A DNA stretch of 64,000 nt from a virus. Its lineage: Duplodnaviria > Caudoviricetes. Below the pieces are notes generated by a model that was given only the letters and a program-made list of their open reading frames with translations, searched no databases and was not told where the DNA came from. Position 1 is the stretch's first letter. Every line of letters starts with the position of its first letter. Shown in pieces: positions 46,730-58,200 of the stretch. The stretch spans positions 1 to 64,000 of IMG/VR virus record IMGVR_UViG_3300008114_000194. The stretch is one strand, 5' to 3'. The translations under genes were made by a program, and so were the position numbers.

Positions 46730-49543
46730 ATGGCATTGAAACCATTAAATTCACCGGGCGGTTTTAGCGTAGGTGAAATCACCACAGGCGCGATAAACGT
46801 AATCAGTAGCACAGGTAATGTTACCACAGGCAACCTGATCAGCAACTCCGGTAGCACAGGCAACATCAATGTCATTGCTGGAAACTTAATCGTTGATTCG
46901 GGCACAGGTTATATCTACGGTAACGGATCATTCCTAACAGGACTAGCAGCCACATATGGCAACGGCAATGTAGCCAATTACTTGGCCAGCAATGCCAATG
47001 TGACTATACTCACAACTGGCAACATCACTAGTGCTGCCAACATTGCTGGTAATTACATACTGGGCAATGGTGCATTCTTAACTGGCCTGCCAGCAGGTTA
47101 CTCAAACGCAGATGTGGCCAATTATCTGCCTACATATACCGGCAATTTGGTATCATTGACTGGTAATGTCATTACCACTGCTAATATTTCAGGCTCTTAC
47201 ATTCTAGGCAATGGTAGATTCCTAGATGGCATGTACGGCAATGCCGAAGTCAAATCATACTTAGAGTCTGGTGCCACCATCAATGCCAACTTTGGCACAG
47301 GAACAGTAACTACTTCGGGCAATATCAGTGGTGGAAATCTTGTCAGCTCTGCCAACATAGATGGTACCAACGTCAACGCCACCAAGTTAGCATCATCGGG
47401 TGCGTTGACTATCAACAGTGGCAGCAACGGCAACATCGTTATTCAGCCCAACGGCTCGGGTAACGTTGTACTCAGTAACACATTCATCAATTCCGTTGCA
47501 TATCCAGTACAAGATCAAGACGCTGCCAGTAAGATTTACGTAGATAATTTAGTCACTACTGCTATATCATATCACACATCAGTGGTGGCAGCCACCAATA
47601 TCGACCTGGCTACCGCCACGGGTGGTACCATTACCTATGATCAACCCAATGGAGTTGGTAATGGTGTGGGTGCCACACTTACTACCACGGGTTCGTTTAA
47701 CCTTATCGACACAGCCAACGTACAGTCAGCCAATGCTCGTATTTTGGTCAAGAATGAATCCAATGGCGCATTCAACGGTATATATGTTTGGTCCAATGCC
47801 ACTGCCATTACACGAGCAGATGACGAAGATACCTACGGTGCAGGCAGTCCCACAGCACTGGGTCTCAATGACTACTTCTTTGTAACCGGCGGTAATGTCA
47901 ATCTTGGTTCAGCCTGGATCGTAGATGCCCCCAATGGCGCCATTACTTTTGGCACCAGCAATATACAGTTTGCTCAGTTTAGCCAGACACAGGTATATTC
48001 AGCCAATACTTCCGCTGGTTTGACTCTGGTTGGTCAGCAGTTCAACGCAAAGACCGACAACAATACCACAGCCTTTGATGGTGGTGGCAACATCATAGTC
48101 AAGGCTGGTGCTAATCTAACCACGCCCAACATTGGAAACGCCACAGGTAGCAGTCTGAACGTAACAGGCACAGTCACAGGTTCATTGCTAACTGGCGCAC
48201 TGACCACAGCAGCACAGCCTAACATAACCAGTGTTGGTACTCTGACATCGTTGGATGTCACAGGTAACATATCATCGCTGTCGGGCAATGTGTCCGGCAA
48301 TTATATACTGGGTAACGGTTATTTCCTAACCAACATCAATGCTGCCAATATAGTTGGATCCTATGGTAATTCAGATGTAGCCAACTACTTGGCCAGTGGA
48401 TCTCTGACCAGTAACATTATCACCACCGGCAACATTACAGGTGGTAACTTGTCAGGTACATTGGTCACAGGTACATTGACAACAGCAGCACAGCCCAACG
48501 TCACATCAGTAGGTGTGTTAAATGCCTTGACCGTTGGCGCTACTGTTTTAGCTGATGGATACAGTGCTAGAACTGGCAGCGATCTAACCATTGGAGTGCT
48601 AGGTGCAAATGCCAATATCATAATCGCTCCCAATGGCACAGGCGTAACTAATTTTTCTAACAAAGCTATCAGCAATATCAGTTCTGCTGTAATCAACGGT
48701 AATGTCACTGCTACAGGTAATGTGCAGGGTTCTTACCTGCTGGGCAATGGTGCATTTATCACTGGTTTGCCTGCAGGTTACAGCAACGCAGATGTGGCCA
48801 ACTACTTGGCCAGCAATGCTGCAGTAACCATTACCACCACAGGTAATATCACTACCACTGGTAATATTTCAGCTGGTAATTATCTAGGTTCAGGCGACAA
48901 TGTTACAATTGCAGCCGGCTCCTACAACTGGACATTTGACAATCTAGGCAATGTCACAGGTACAGGCAATATAGTGACCACGGCCAATGTTGTGGCAAAT
49001 TACTTTATTGGTAACGGAGCGCTGCTAACTGGATTATCTGCTTCCTACAGCAATGCCAACGTAGCTGCTTATCTAGCCAGTGCGCCCAATAACTTTATCA
49101 CACTGGGCAATAGCAACAGCAACATCACCACAGGTGGTACTGTACGCACCTATGGCGATGCCATAGCCAACAACTTTACTGCAAATAATGCGCTGATTTT
49201 GAATGGCATAGAATTTAATGCTGTTACTGTAGAGGCCTATACTCAGCAAACCACTACAACTTCGCTGTCTAATATTGCGTCTATCACTGTGGCCAGTTTG
49301 CCCGCAGATACTTCCGCCGTAGAAATCACTCTTCGTGGTCGCGATCTTACCAACACACAAGCAGGCAAGATCATAATCACTTGGGGCGGTGCTAACATGG
49401 ACTTTACACGCTATGCTGAAGTGATCGCTGGCAACGGTTGCGGAACACCAACTGTGGCCTATGACGGAACTACGCTGACACTGCAGGTAACTCCCGTGAC
49501 CGCCAACTTGATCACTTGGAATGCCAAGGTAGTGACTGTGTAA
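46730..49543 (+). CDS. Modular Asn-rich fibre/decoration protein
   Basis: Same repeat modules; PVQDQDAASKIYVD...RILVKNE.NGAFNGIY...TRADD domain. Confidence 0.72.
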   Translation: MALKPLNSPGGFSVGEITTGAINVISSTGNVTTGNLISNSGSTGNINVIAGNLIVDSGTGYIYGNGSFLTGLAATYGNGNVANYLASNANVTILTTGNITSAANIAGNYILGNGAFLTGLPAGYSNADVANYLPTYTGNLVSLTGNVITTANISGSYILGNGRFLDGMYGNAEVKSYLESGATINANFGTGTVTTSGNISGGNLVSSANIDGTNVNATKLASSGALTINSGSNGNIVIQPNGSGNVVLSNTFINSVAYPVQDQDAASKIYVDNLVTTAISYHTSVVAATNIDLATATGGTITYDQPNGVGNGVGATLTTTGSFNLIDTANVQSANARILVKNESNGAFNGIYVWSNATAITRADDEDTYGAGSPTALGLNDYFFVTGGNVNLGSAWIVDAPNGAITFGTSNIQFAQFSQTQVYSANTSAGLTLVGQQFNAKTDNNTTAFDGGGNIIVKAGANLTTPNIGNATGSSLNVTGTVTGSLLTGALTTAAQPNITSVGTLTSLDVTGNISSLSGNVSGNYILGNGYFLTNINAANIVGSYGNSDVANYLASGSLTSNIITTGNITGGNLSGTLVTGTLTTAAQPNVTSVGVLNALTVGATVLADGYSARTGSDLTIGVLGANANIIIAPNGTGVTNFSNKAISNISSAVINGNVTATGNVQGSYLLGNGAFITGLPAGYSNADVANYLASNAAVTITTTGNITTTGNISAGNYLGSGDNVTIAAGSYNWTFDNLGNVTGTGNIVTTANVVANYFIGNGALLTGLSASYSNANVAAYLASAPNNFITLGNSNSNITTGGTVRTYGDAIANNFTANNALILNGIEFNAVTVEAYTQQTTTTSLSNIASITVASLPADTSAVEITLRGRDLTNTQAGKIIITWGGANMDFTRYAEVIAGNGCGTPTVAYDGTTLTLQVTPVTANLITWNAKVVTV

Positions 49544-49560
49544 TCGCAGTCTAACGCCGA

Positions 49561-49589
49561 AAAACCACCGTCCAACGGTGGTTTTTTTT
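49561..49589 (+). terminator. Intrinsic terminator
   Basis: AAAACCACCG-TCCAA-CGGTGGTTTTTTTT. Confidence 0.85.
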
Positions 49590-49641
49590 GACTAGGATGT
49601 TGATCTAAAAACCAATAAATAACTTAAACGTGTAAAATCAT

Positions 49642-50577
49642 ATGGCCCAAAAATCTTTGTTTACTCCCCAAGGACTAAGTGTTGGCAATCTGTTTAGTCC
49701 CACTGATGTCATACTAGCCAACGCTGATATTACCGCTGGTAATGCTGTCAGCGCCAATTTCTTTATTGGTAACGGTGCTTTATTAACTGGTATATCGGTA
49801 GGCTCTGACTATGGCAATGCCAATGTAGCTAACTATCTAGCCAGCAATGCCAATGTGACCATCACGGTCGGCGTAGCCAATATCACTACTCAGGGCAACA
49901 TCACAGCAGGTTACTTTTTAGGTAATGCTACCTTTGCAGAAGGAGTCAGCAACACTTATTTTGGCAACGTAGCGCCCAGTTCACCAGCACAGGGCGACAT
50001 CTGGATTGACAGTGACACAGGTATACAGACCATTTATTTTGTAGATGCCAACGGTGGCCAGTGGGCCGAGATGGAAGCCAGCAAGGCATTTTCAGTCAAT
50101 AATTCCAGCACTGTGGGTGGTGCTAATCTTACCTACAGCAACACAGCACCTGCTAATGCAGTTGTGGGCGATATGTGGATCACGGCCAATACTGCCAAAC
50201 AATTTGTTTATTTCAATGATGGAACCAGCAATATCTGGGCCGAGATGGAAGCTTATCAGGCCTTTTCCAGCACAGGTACAACTTATGGAAATGCAAACTT
50301 AGTATCCTATGGCGAACAGGGCTGGGCAGGCAACATCATACCATCTACCAGTAACATATACAATCTTGGCAGCGCCAACTATCAATGGAACAGTTTGTAT
50401 GTGGCCAGCAATACAATTTACTTTAATAATGTACCAGTGAGCGTATCCAATTCTGGACTGACTGTAAATGGCAGCCCCACTGTCACTAGTAATGCAGCAA
50501 GATATGTGTTTGTATCTACGTCGGCTCCCACATCCGGCCAAGGTAATGTGGGCGATATCTGGTATCAGACATACTGA
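49642..50577 (+). CDS. Short fibre-like virion protein
   Basis: AP..P..GDIW repeats; ends VSTSAPTSGQGNVGDIWYQTY; ATAAATA at 49615. Confidence 0.7.
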   Translation: MAQKSLFTPQGLSVGNLFSPTDVILANADITAGNAVSANFFIGNGALLTGISVGSDYGNANVANYLASNANVTITVGVANITTQGNITAGYFLGNATFAEGVSNTYFGNVAPSSPAQGDIWIDSDTGIQTIYFVDANGGQWAEMEASKAFSVNNSSTVGGANLTYSNTAPANAVVGDMWITANTAKQFVYFNDGTSNIWAEMEAYQAFSSTGTTYGNANLVSYGEQGWAGNIIPSTSNIYNLGSANYQWNSLYVASNTIYFNNVPVSVSNSGLTVNGSPTVTSNAARYVFVSTSAPTSGQGNVGDIWYQTY

Positions 50578-52250
50578 TGAAAGAATACATAGTCACTCTT
50601 AACAAAGATGCCGACCTTGATGCTTTCTGGGCAGAAATAGAAAACAGCGGCAACCTTGCACCCACGGTACCGGTTAGACCTGTGGCCATAGTCAACAACC
50701 GTGATCCCATGCCTAGACTGTGTCACTATCTCTTGACTGATCAAGAAGCCGACACACTGCGCCAGGATCCCAGAGTAGCAGGAGTAGAAATTCCCCCGGA
50801 ACATAATCCTGACATCATTCTAAGTCGTAACCGCACAGTGCAGTTCAGAGACAATTTTAACAAAACCAGTCTCAGCATCAGCGACTATGTCAATTGGGGA
50901 TTGGTTCGCAACAGTTCTTTGACCAATTCTTATGGTAACAGTCTAATATCTAACATTGGATATGGCTACTTTGTGGATGGCACAGGAGTAGACATGGTCA
51001 TAGTAGACAGCGGTATACAGGCCAATCATCCGGAATTCCGTTATGTTGGTAATTTGACATCGCGAGTACAACAGATTGATTGGTTTACGGCATCGGGTGT
51101 TACAGGAACCATGCCCGGAAACTTTTACACAGACTACAGTGGTCACGGCACACACGTGGCTGGCATAGCAGCGGGACAGACCTATGGTTGGGCTAAAAAT
51201 GCTGCTGTGTATGCTATCAAATTGGAAGGGCTACAAGGTGCCACAGATCCTGGCTCGGGCTTGACCATGGATCAGACATTTGACGTGCTGGTAGGATGGC
51301 ATGAACGCAAGATGAATCCAGCCAGCGGTTACTATACCGGACGACCCACAGTGGTCAACATGAGTTTTTCCTACGGCGCCGGTATAGTCAATAACTTTTA
51401 TTTACAGGGCGGCAATTACCGTGGCAACAACTGGAGCACAGCCAATGTATGGAGCAACAATACCTATGGCCTAACTTGGTACAGTGGCACTACTTGTCCT
51501 GTACGATTGACCAGTGTAGATGACGGAGTTGAAACACTGGTAGATGCTGGCATCAATGTCTGTATCGCTGCTGGCAATGAAAACCTAAAGATCGATGTAC
51601 CCGGTGGTCTGGACTACAACAATTACTTGACAACAGTACAATCTGTATCGGGTATTGGCAATCTATTTTACTATCAACGCGGTGCCAGTCCCTATTCCGG
51701 CAATGCCTTGATAGTGGGAGCCATGGACTCTACAGTGTATTCTTCTACTACAGATCAAAAAGCCACTTATTCCATGGCAGGTCCAGGTGTGGACATTTTT
51801 GCTGCTGGCAGCAATGTCATGAGCGCCTGCAGTAACGTGGATGACATAGGTGGAGGACAGACATACTACTGGAACAGCAACTATAAACAGATCAATATTG
51901 GTGGCACCTCCATGGCCAGCCCGCAGGTAGCAGGCATAGTATCCTTTTATCTTGAACAAAATCCCAATGCCAGTCCTTCTACGGTCAAAGACTGGACTGT
52001 GAACAACGGTACTTACACCATTTACAAACCCTCGGACGCCGAGGACAACGACTACAACAACAATCGCAGCCAGTGGGGAGGTAATGCGCCAGTGGCATTT
52101 TCCAGCAGTCAGGGAGCATTAGTGTCCACTGTGCAAAATAATTGGGCAATAGCCAACACAGTTTATATCAAAACTGATAGTAGTTTTTGGACCATGGTGC
52201 AAAATATCTACACTAAAACCGATGCCAACACCTGGCAAAAGGTATATTAG
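50577..52250 (+). CDS. S8 subtilisin-like serine protease with prodomain and K..W tip motif
   Basis: IVDSG (D144), GHGTHVAG (H190), AAGN, GGTSMASP (S445); C-terminal VYIKTDSSFW..V.NIYTKTDANTWQKVY. Confidence 0.9.
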   Translation: MKEYIVTLNKDADLDAFWAEIENSGNLAPTVPVRPVAIVNNRDPMPRLCHYLLTDQEADTLRQDPRVAGVEIPPEHNPDIILSRNRTVQFRDNFNKTSLSISDYVNWGLVRNSSLTNSYGNSLISNIGYGYFVDGTGVDMVIVDSGIQANHPEFRYVGNLTSRVQQIDWFTASGVTGTMPGNFYTDYSGHGTHVAGIAAGQTYGWAKNAAVYAIKLEGLQGATDPGSGLTMDQTFDVLVGWHERKMNPASGYYTGRPTVVNMSFSYGAGIVNNFYLQGGNYRGNNWSTANVWSNNTYGLTWYSGTTCPVRLTSVDDGVETLVDAGINVCIAAGNENLKIDVPGGLDYNNYLTTVQSVSGIGNLFYYQRGASPYSGNALIVGAMDSTVYSSTTDQKATYSMAGPGVDIFAAGSNVMSACSNVDDIGGGQTYYWNSNYKQINIGGTSMASPQVAGIVSFYLEQNPNASPSTVKDWTVNNGTYTIYKPSDAEDNDYNNNRSQWGGNAPVAFSSSQGALVSTVQNNWAIANTVYIKTDSSFWTMVQNIYTKTDANTWQKVY

Positions 52251-52288
52251 AGCTATGAATAAATATTAGAAACAGAGACAGAGTCATC

Positions 52289-55200
52289 ATGGCATTGAAT
52301 TTTCCTTCCTCACCCAGCATTAATGATACCTATACCTACGGTGATAAAACCTGGGTCTGGAATGGTCGTTTCTGGCAGATACAAGCAGCAGGCGCTATCA
52401 ATGATATCGCTATTGGTAATATCACTCCCAACACAGGCGCTTTTACCACCCTAACTGCCACAGGTAACATCACTGCTCAGGGCAATGTCCAAGGGCAGTA
52501 CATACTGGGCAATGGAGCATTCTTAACTGGCATTTCCGGCAGCAGCACTTATGGCAACGCCAATGTGGCCAATTATCTGCCCAATTATGGCGGAAACATT
52601 TTGACCAATGTAGTATCGGGCAACTTTTATGCCAACAGCATACTACCCTGGAGTCCCACAGCAGGACTAATCAATGATGCAGTTGACATTGGAAACAGTA
52701 CTCTTTACTTTAAAGATATCTATGTTGGCAATGTAATAACTCCTGCAGGTGATCAAGGCAATGCCACACAGATACAGCCAGCATCGGGCGCAGGACAAAG
52801 CGGTGTTGCATTCGTAGATGCCATCACTGGCTCAGCCTCAGATGTATCAGCCGGAACACTTTATGTAGAATCTATCGATGCCATTGGTAATGTCACTGTA
52901 GATACATTTGTAGAAGCCAACGAAATCATTGCCTTGTCCAATGTATCAGGCACAGGTGGCAACTTTTCTAGCAACGTCTCCGCCAGTTACTTTTTAGGTA
53001 ACGGTGCTTTCTTAACTGGTATTGCTGGTGGATACAGCAACGCCAACGTAGCCAACTATCTGCCCAATTATCAAGGACTGGTCAGCAATATAGATTTCCG
53101 CAGCACCAGTCCAGCAGCAGTGGCCATGGTGGTCACAGACAGACCCATTACCATTGGTGGTAATACATTAAGTTACGTTACCATACCCAATGATGGCAAT
53201 GCCAATAGTGTAGCAGCCGAGTTGACCAATCATGGTCTGGGCAATGTGCTGATCAGTTCTGGGCCCGACGATCACGAGTGGATTTTTGACAACACAGGAA
53301 ACTTAACAGCACCTGGAAATATACAAGCAGGCAATGCTGTCAGCGCCAACTATTTCTTGGGCAATGGCGCCTTACTAACTGGTATCACAACAAACTATTC
53401 CAATGCCAATGTGGCCAACTACTTGGCTACCTACAACGGTAATGCGCTATTCAGCAATGTCACTGTATCACAAGATGCTGTAATTTTAGGCAATCTTCGC
53501 GTTGAGGGTAATACCACCTATATCAATGTCACTGATCTTGTGATAGAAGACAAAGATATCATAGTGGCTGCCAATGCCAATGCTACCCTGTCAGATCTCA
53601 ACGGAGCAGGTCTCCAGATAGGTAACAGAACAGCCGGTGGCAACATCACCTTCTTCTACAACAGCATCAGCAATGTCATGTCTCTAAGCCATGGCGCTAA
53701 CATTGCTAATATTTTAAATGTAGCAGGCAATGTCAATGCTACTGGCAACGTCACCGGCAATTATATACTGGGCAATGGAGCACTGCTAACTGGATTGGCC
53801 ACATATGGCAACAGTCACTGCCAACTGGTTCGTTGGCAACATAAACACTACCAATAGCTTGGTCACATCAGGCAATGTCACAGCCAACAACTTTATTGGA
53901 TCAGATCCCAATGTAAATCTCATAGCCGGTAGTTATACATGGGCATTCAATGATGCTGGCAATTTGGTATTGCCTAGCAATACTTTTGCAGTCAACTATG
54001 CAAATGGTGTACAAGTAAGCCTTGGTGGATCATACAGTAATGCAGATGTAGCCAATTATTTGGCCAGCAACGCCAATGTTACTATCACTGTTGGTGTTAG
54101 TAATATCACTACCCAGGGCAATATCTCTGGCAATTACTTTATAGGTAACGGCGCATTATTGACAGGTGTAGTAACCAGCAGTTACTCAAATGCCAATGTT
54201 GCCAATTACCTGCCCACTTACTCAGGCAACATCACAGCAGGTAATATCGCAGTCACAGGTAATGTCACAGCCAACTGGTTCGTGGGTAATATCAACACTA
54301 CCAATAGTTTGGTAACTTCGGGTAATATTACAGCCAACAACTTTATAGGATCAGATCCCAATGTTGGTTTGGTAGCCGGCAATTACACTTGGTTATTTGA
54401 TAACGCTGGCAATGTCACACTGCCCAGCAATACTTTTGCAGTTAATTACGCCAATGGAACAGCAGTAAGTCTAGGCGGAACTTACAGCAACGCCGATGTA
54501 GCCAATTACTTGCCTACCTATAACGGCAATGCCTTGTTCAGCAACATCACTGTGTCACGAGATGCTGTGATATTGGGCAATCTTCGTGTAGAAGGTAACA
54601 CCACATATATCAATGTATCAGATCTAATCGTAGAAGACAAGGATATCATAGTAGCGGCCAACGCCAATGCTACCATGACCGATCTCAACGGAGCAGGTCT
54701 GCAGATAGGTAACAGATCAGCTGGTGGCAACATCACATTCTTCTACAACAGCACCAGCAATGTCATGACATTAAGCCACGGTGCTAACATCGCCAACGTG
54801 CTGAATGTCGCTGGTAATATCACTGCCACAGGTAATGTCAACACTGGTAATTTAGTAGGATCAGGCACCAATGTAGAAATCGTAGGTGGATCCTATACTT
54901 GGACTTTCAACGGTTCGGGCAACTTAGTCCTTCCGGGCAACTCATTTGCTGTAAACTATGCCAACGGCACACAGGTAGCATTGGCTGGATCTTACAGCAA
55001 TACCAACGTCAAAGCATACCTAGGCAACTTCGATGGTAATATAATCCCCAGCGCCAATGTCACTTACGACTTGGGTAGCAACAGCAATCGTTGGAACGAC
55101 TTATATCTCAACAACAGCACTATCTATATTGGTGCACAGGAAATCACTGCCAATGCTGATTCCACAATCTTTTCTGGTAATATCTCAGTAGGTAATTTAG

Positions 55201-58200
55201 TTGGTACTGGTGATAATGTAGACATCAAAGCCGGTGCTTACACCTGGAGATTTGACAATGCTGGCAATCTTACACTGCCTGCCAATACATCGGCTATCAA
55301 TTATGCCAATGGTGCAACAGTTCCCGTGGGCTATGGCAATGCCAGCGTGGCCGCATACCTGGGCAGTAATGCTAATCTAACTATCCTAAGTCAAGGCAAC
55401 ATCACTGGCAATTACTTTATTGGTAATGGCGCATTACTCACAGGTGTTGTAACATCCAGTTACTCCAACGCCAATGTGGCCAACTACTTGCCTACATACA
55501 CAGGCAACATCGCAGCAGGCAATGTCACAGCCACTGGCAATGTACAGGGTGCTTACATACTGGGCAATGGTGCATTATTAACCGGATTGCCAGCCACATA
55601 CGGCAACAGCAACGTAGCAGCTTATCTAGCCAGCAACGCCAATGTGACATTGGCTATCGGCACAGGTAATATAACAACACAGGGCAATTTAGCTGTTGGT
55701 AATTTGATTGGTTCTGGAGACAATGTAGATCTCAAAGCTGGGTCATATACCTGGCGTTTTGACAGCACTGGCAATCTAACACTGCCGGCCAATTCCACAG
55801 CCATATATTATGCCAACGGCACACAAGTTCCAGTAGGTTATGGTAATGCCAACGTCGCAACTTATTTGGCCAGCAATTCAGCAGTCACTATATTAACCAC
55901 TGCCAACATAACTACTGCTGCCAATATCTCCGGTGCCTATCTCTTAGGCAATGGCGCACTGTTGACAGGTCTGCCTGCTACTTACGGTAACAGCAACGTC
56001 GCTGCTTATCTTGCTGCCTACAACGGCAACGCACTGTTCAGCAACATCACAGTATCGCAAGATGCTGTTGTTCTGGGCAATCTTCGTGTTGAAGGTAATA
56101 CCACTTATATCAACGTATCAGATCTCATAGTCGAAGACAAAGATATCATCGTAGCAGCCAATGCTTCGGCAACCATGACCGATCTCAATGGCGCTGGCCT
56201 ACAGATAGGCAACAGAACAGCTGGTGGCAACATCACGTTCTTCTATAACAGCACCAGTAACGTCATGTCGTTAAGTCATGGCGCTAATATCGCCAATGTG
56301 CTGAATGTCTCTGGTAATGTATCTGCTACAGGAAATGTTTCAGGCAATTGGTTTGTAGGTAATATCAACACTACTAACAGTCTAGTTACATCCGGTAATG
56401 TCACAGCCAACAACTTTTTAGGTTCTGGAAGTAATGTAACATTAGAATCAGACAGTTACTCCTGGATATTTGATAACGCAGGTAATCTTACTTTACCAGG
56501 TAATACATTTGCTGTAAACTACGCCAATGGCACACAAATATCTTTGGGCGGTTCATACAGCAATTCGATTGTGGCCAATTATCTAGCCAGTAATGCCAAT
56601 CTAACAATATCAGTTGGTACAGGCAATATCACCACACAGGGCAACATCACAGGCAATTACTTTATAGGTAATGGCGCACTGTTGACAGGCGTGGTAACCT
56701 CCAGTTACAGCAATGCCAATGTAGCCAACTACTTGCCTACCTATACTGGCAATATCAGCGCAGGAAATATTACCGCTACTGGTAATGTTACTGCCAATGG
56801 TTTCATAGGTTCTAATGTTAATACTCGTATTATTTCCAGCAGTTACATCTGGACATTTAACAACACTGGTAACTTGGTACTTCCAGGCAATACATTTGGC
56901 GTCACATACGCCAACGGCACCACAGTTAGTCTAGGTGGAACTTACAGTAATGCAGATGTAGCAAATTATCTGCCCACTTATACAGGTAACATTACTGCGG
57001 GCAACGTAATCGCTACTGGTAATGTTATTGGTAACTGGTTCGTAGGCAATGTCAACACTACCAATAGTCTAGTAACTTCGGGTAATGTCACAGCCAATAA
57101 CTTCGTTGGTTCGGGCAACAATGTTACATTAGCATCTGACAGTTATACCTGGACCTTTGACAACACAGGTAACTTTATACTGCCCGGCAACAATACTGCT
57201 ATCTATTATGCCAATGGCACACAAGTACCTGTGGGATATGGCAATGCAAATGTAGCCACTTATCTTGCCAGTAATGCCAATGTCACTGTTTCGGTAGGCA
57301 CAGGCAACATCACCACACAAGGTAATATCTCTGGCAACTACTTTATTGGTAATGGCGCACTGCTGACTGGCATAGTAACTTCAAGTTACTCAAATGCCAA
57401 CGTAGCCAATTATCTAGCCAGCAATGCTAATCTTACTGTGTCTGTGGGCACAGGCAATATCACCACACAGGGCAACATTAACTCTCGAGCACTGTATTTG
57501 GGATCACAACGGGACGTGATTTACCAAGTGTCGGGCAACATCACATTAGCTGGTGGAGCACTGGATAATAATGCCAATATCAGCATCAGAGCCAACACGG
57601 CCATGGCCAACAGCTATGTGCTGTCATTGCCATCTGATACCCCCAATGCAGGTGATGTATTATCAGTTAAAAACTTTGGATCATGGAGCGCAGTTGGAAA
57701 TGTAGCCAATCTGATATGGTCTGCTCCTGCCAGCACCTATGGCAATACAAATGTAGCTGCATATCTACAGGCATATAACGGCAATGCCTTGTTTAGTAAT
57801 GTCACTGTATCTAGAGATGTATTGATATTGGGCAACTTACGTGTTGAAGGCAATACCACCGAGATCAATGTTTCTAATATATTCTTAGAAGATAAAGATA
57901 TTATAGTAGCTGCCAATGCTTCGGCCACCCTGTCAGATCTCAACGGAGCAGGTCTGCAGATAGGTAATAGAACAGCAGGCGGCAACGTCACGTTCTTCTA
58001 CAACAGCATCAGCAATGTCATGTCTCTAAGCCATGGCGCTAACATAGCCAATGTGTTGAACGTCGATGGCAACATTGTTGCCACTGGCAATGTCACCGGC
58101 AATTATATACTGGGCAATGGAGCACTGCTAACTGGATTGGCCACATATGGCAACAGCAACGTAGCAGCTTATCTAGCCAGCAATGCCAACGTCACGGTGT

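Larger units (their letters stand above)
29885..52265 (+). promoter_or_regulatory. Set of T4-late-like TAAATA motifs upstream of structural genes
   Basis: CTAAATA 29885, 34094, 36844; ATAAATA 40048, 46592, 49615, 52259; T4 late consensus is TATAAATA. Confidence 0.65.
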
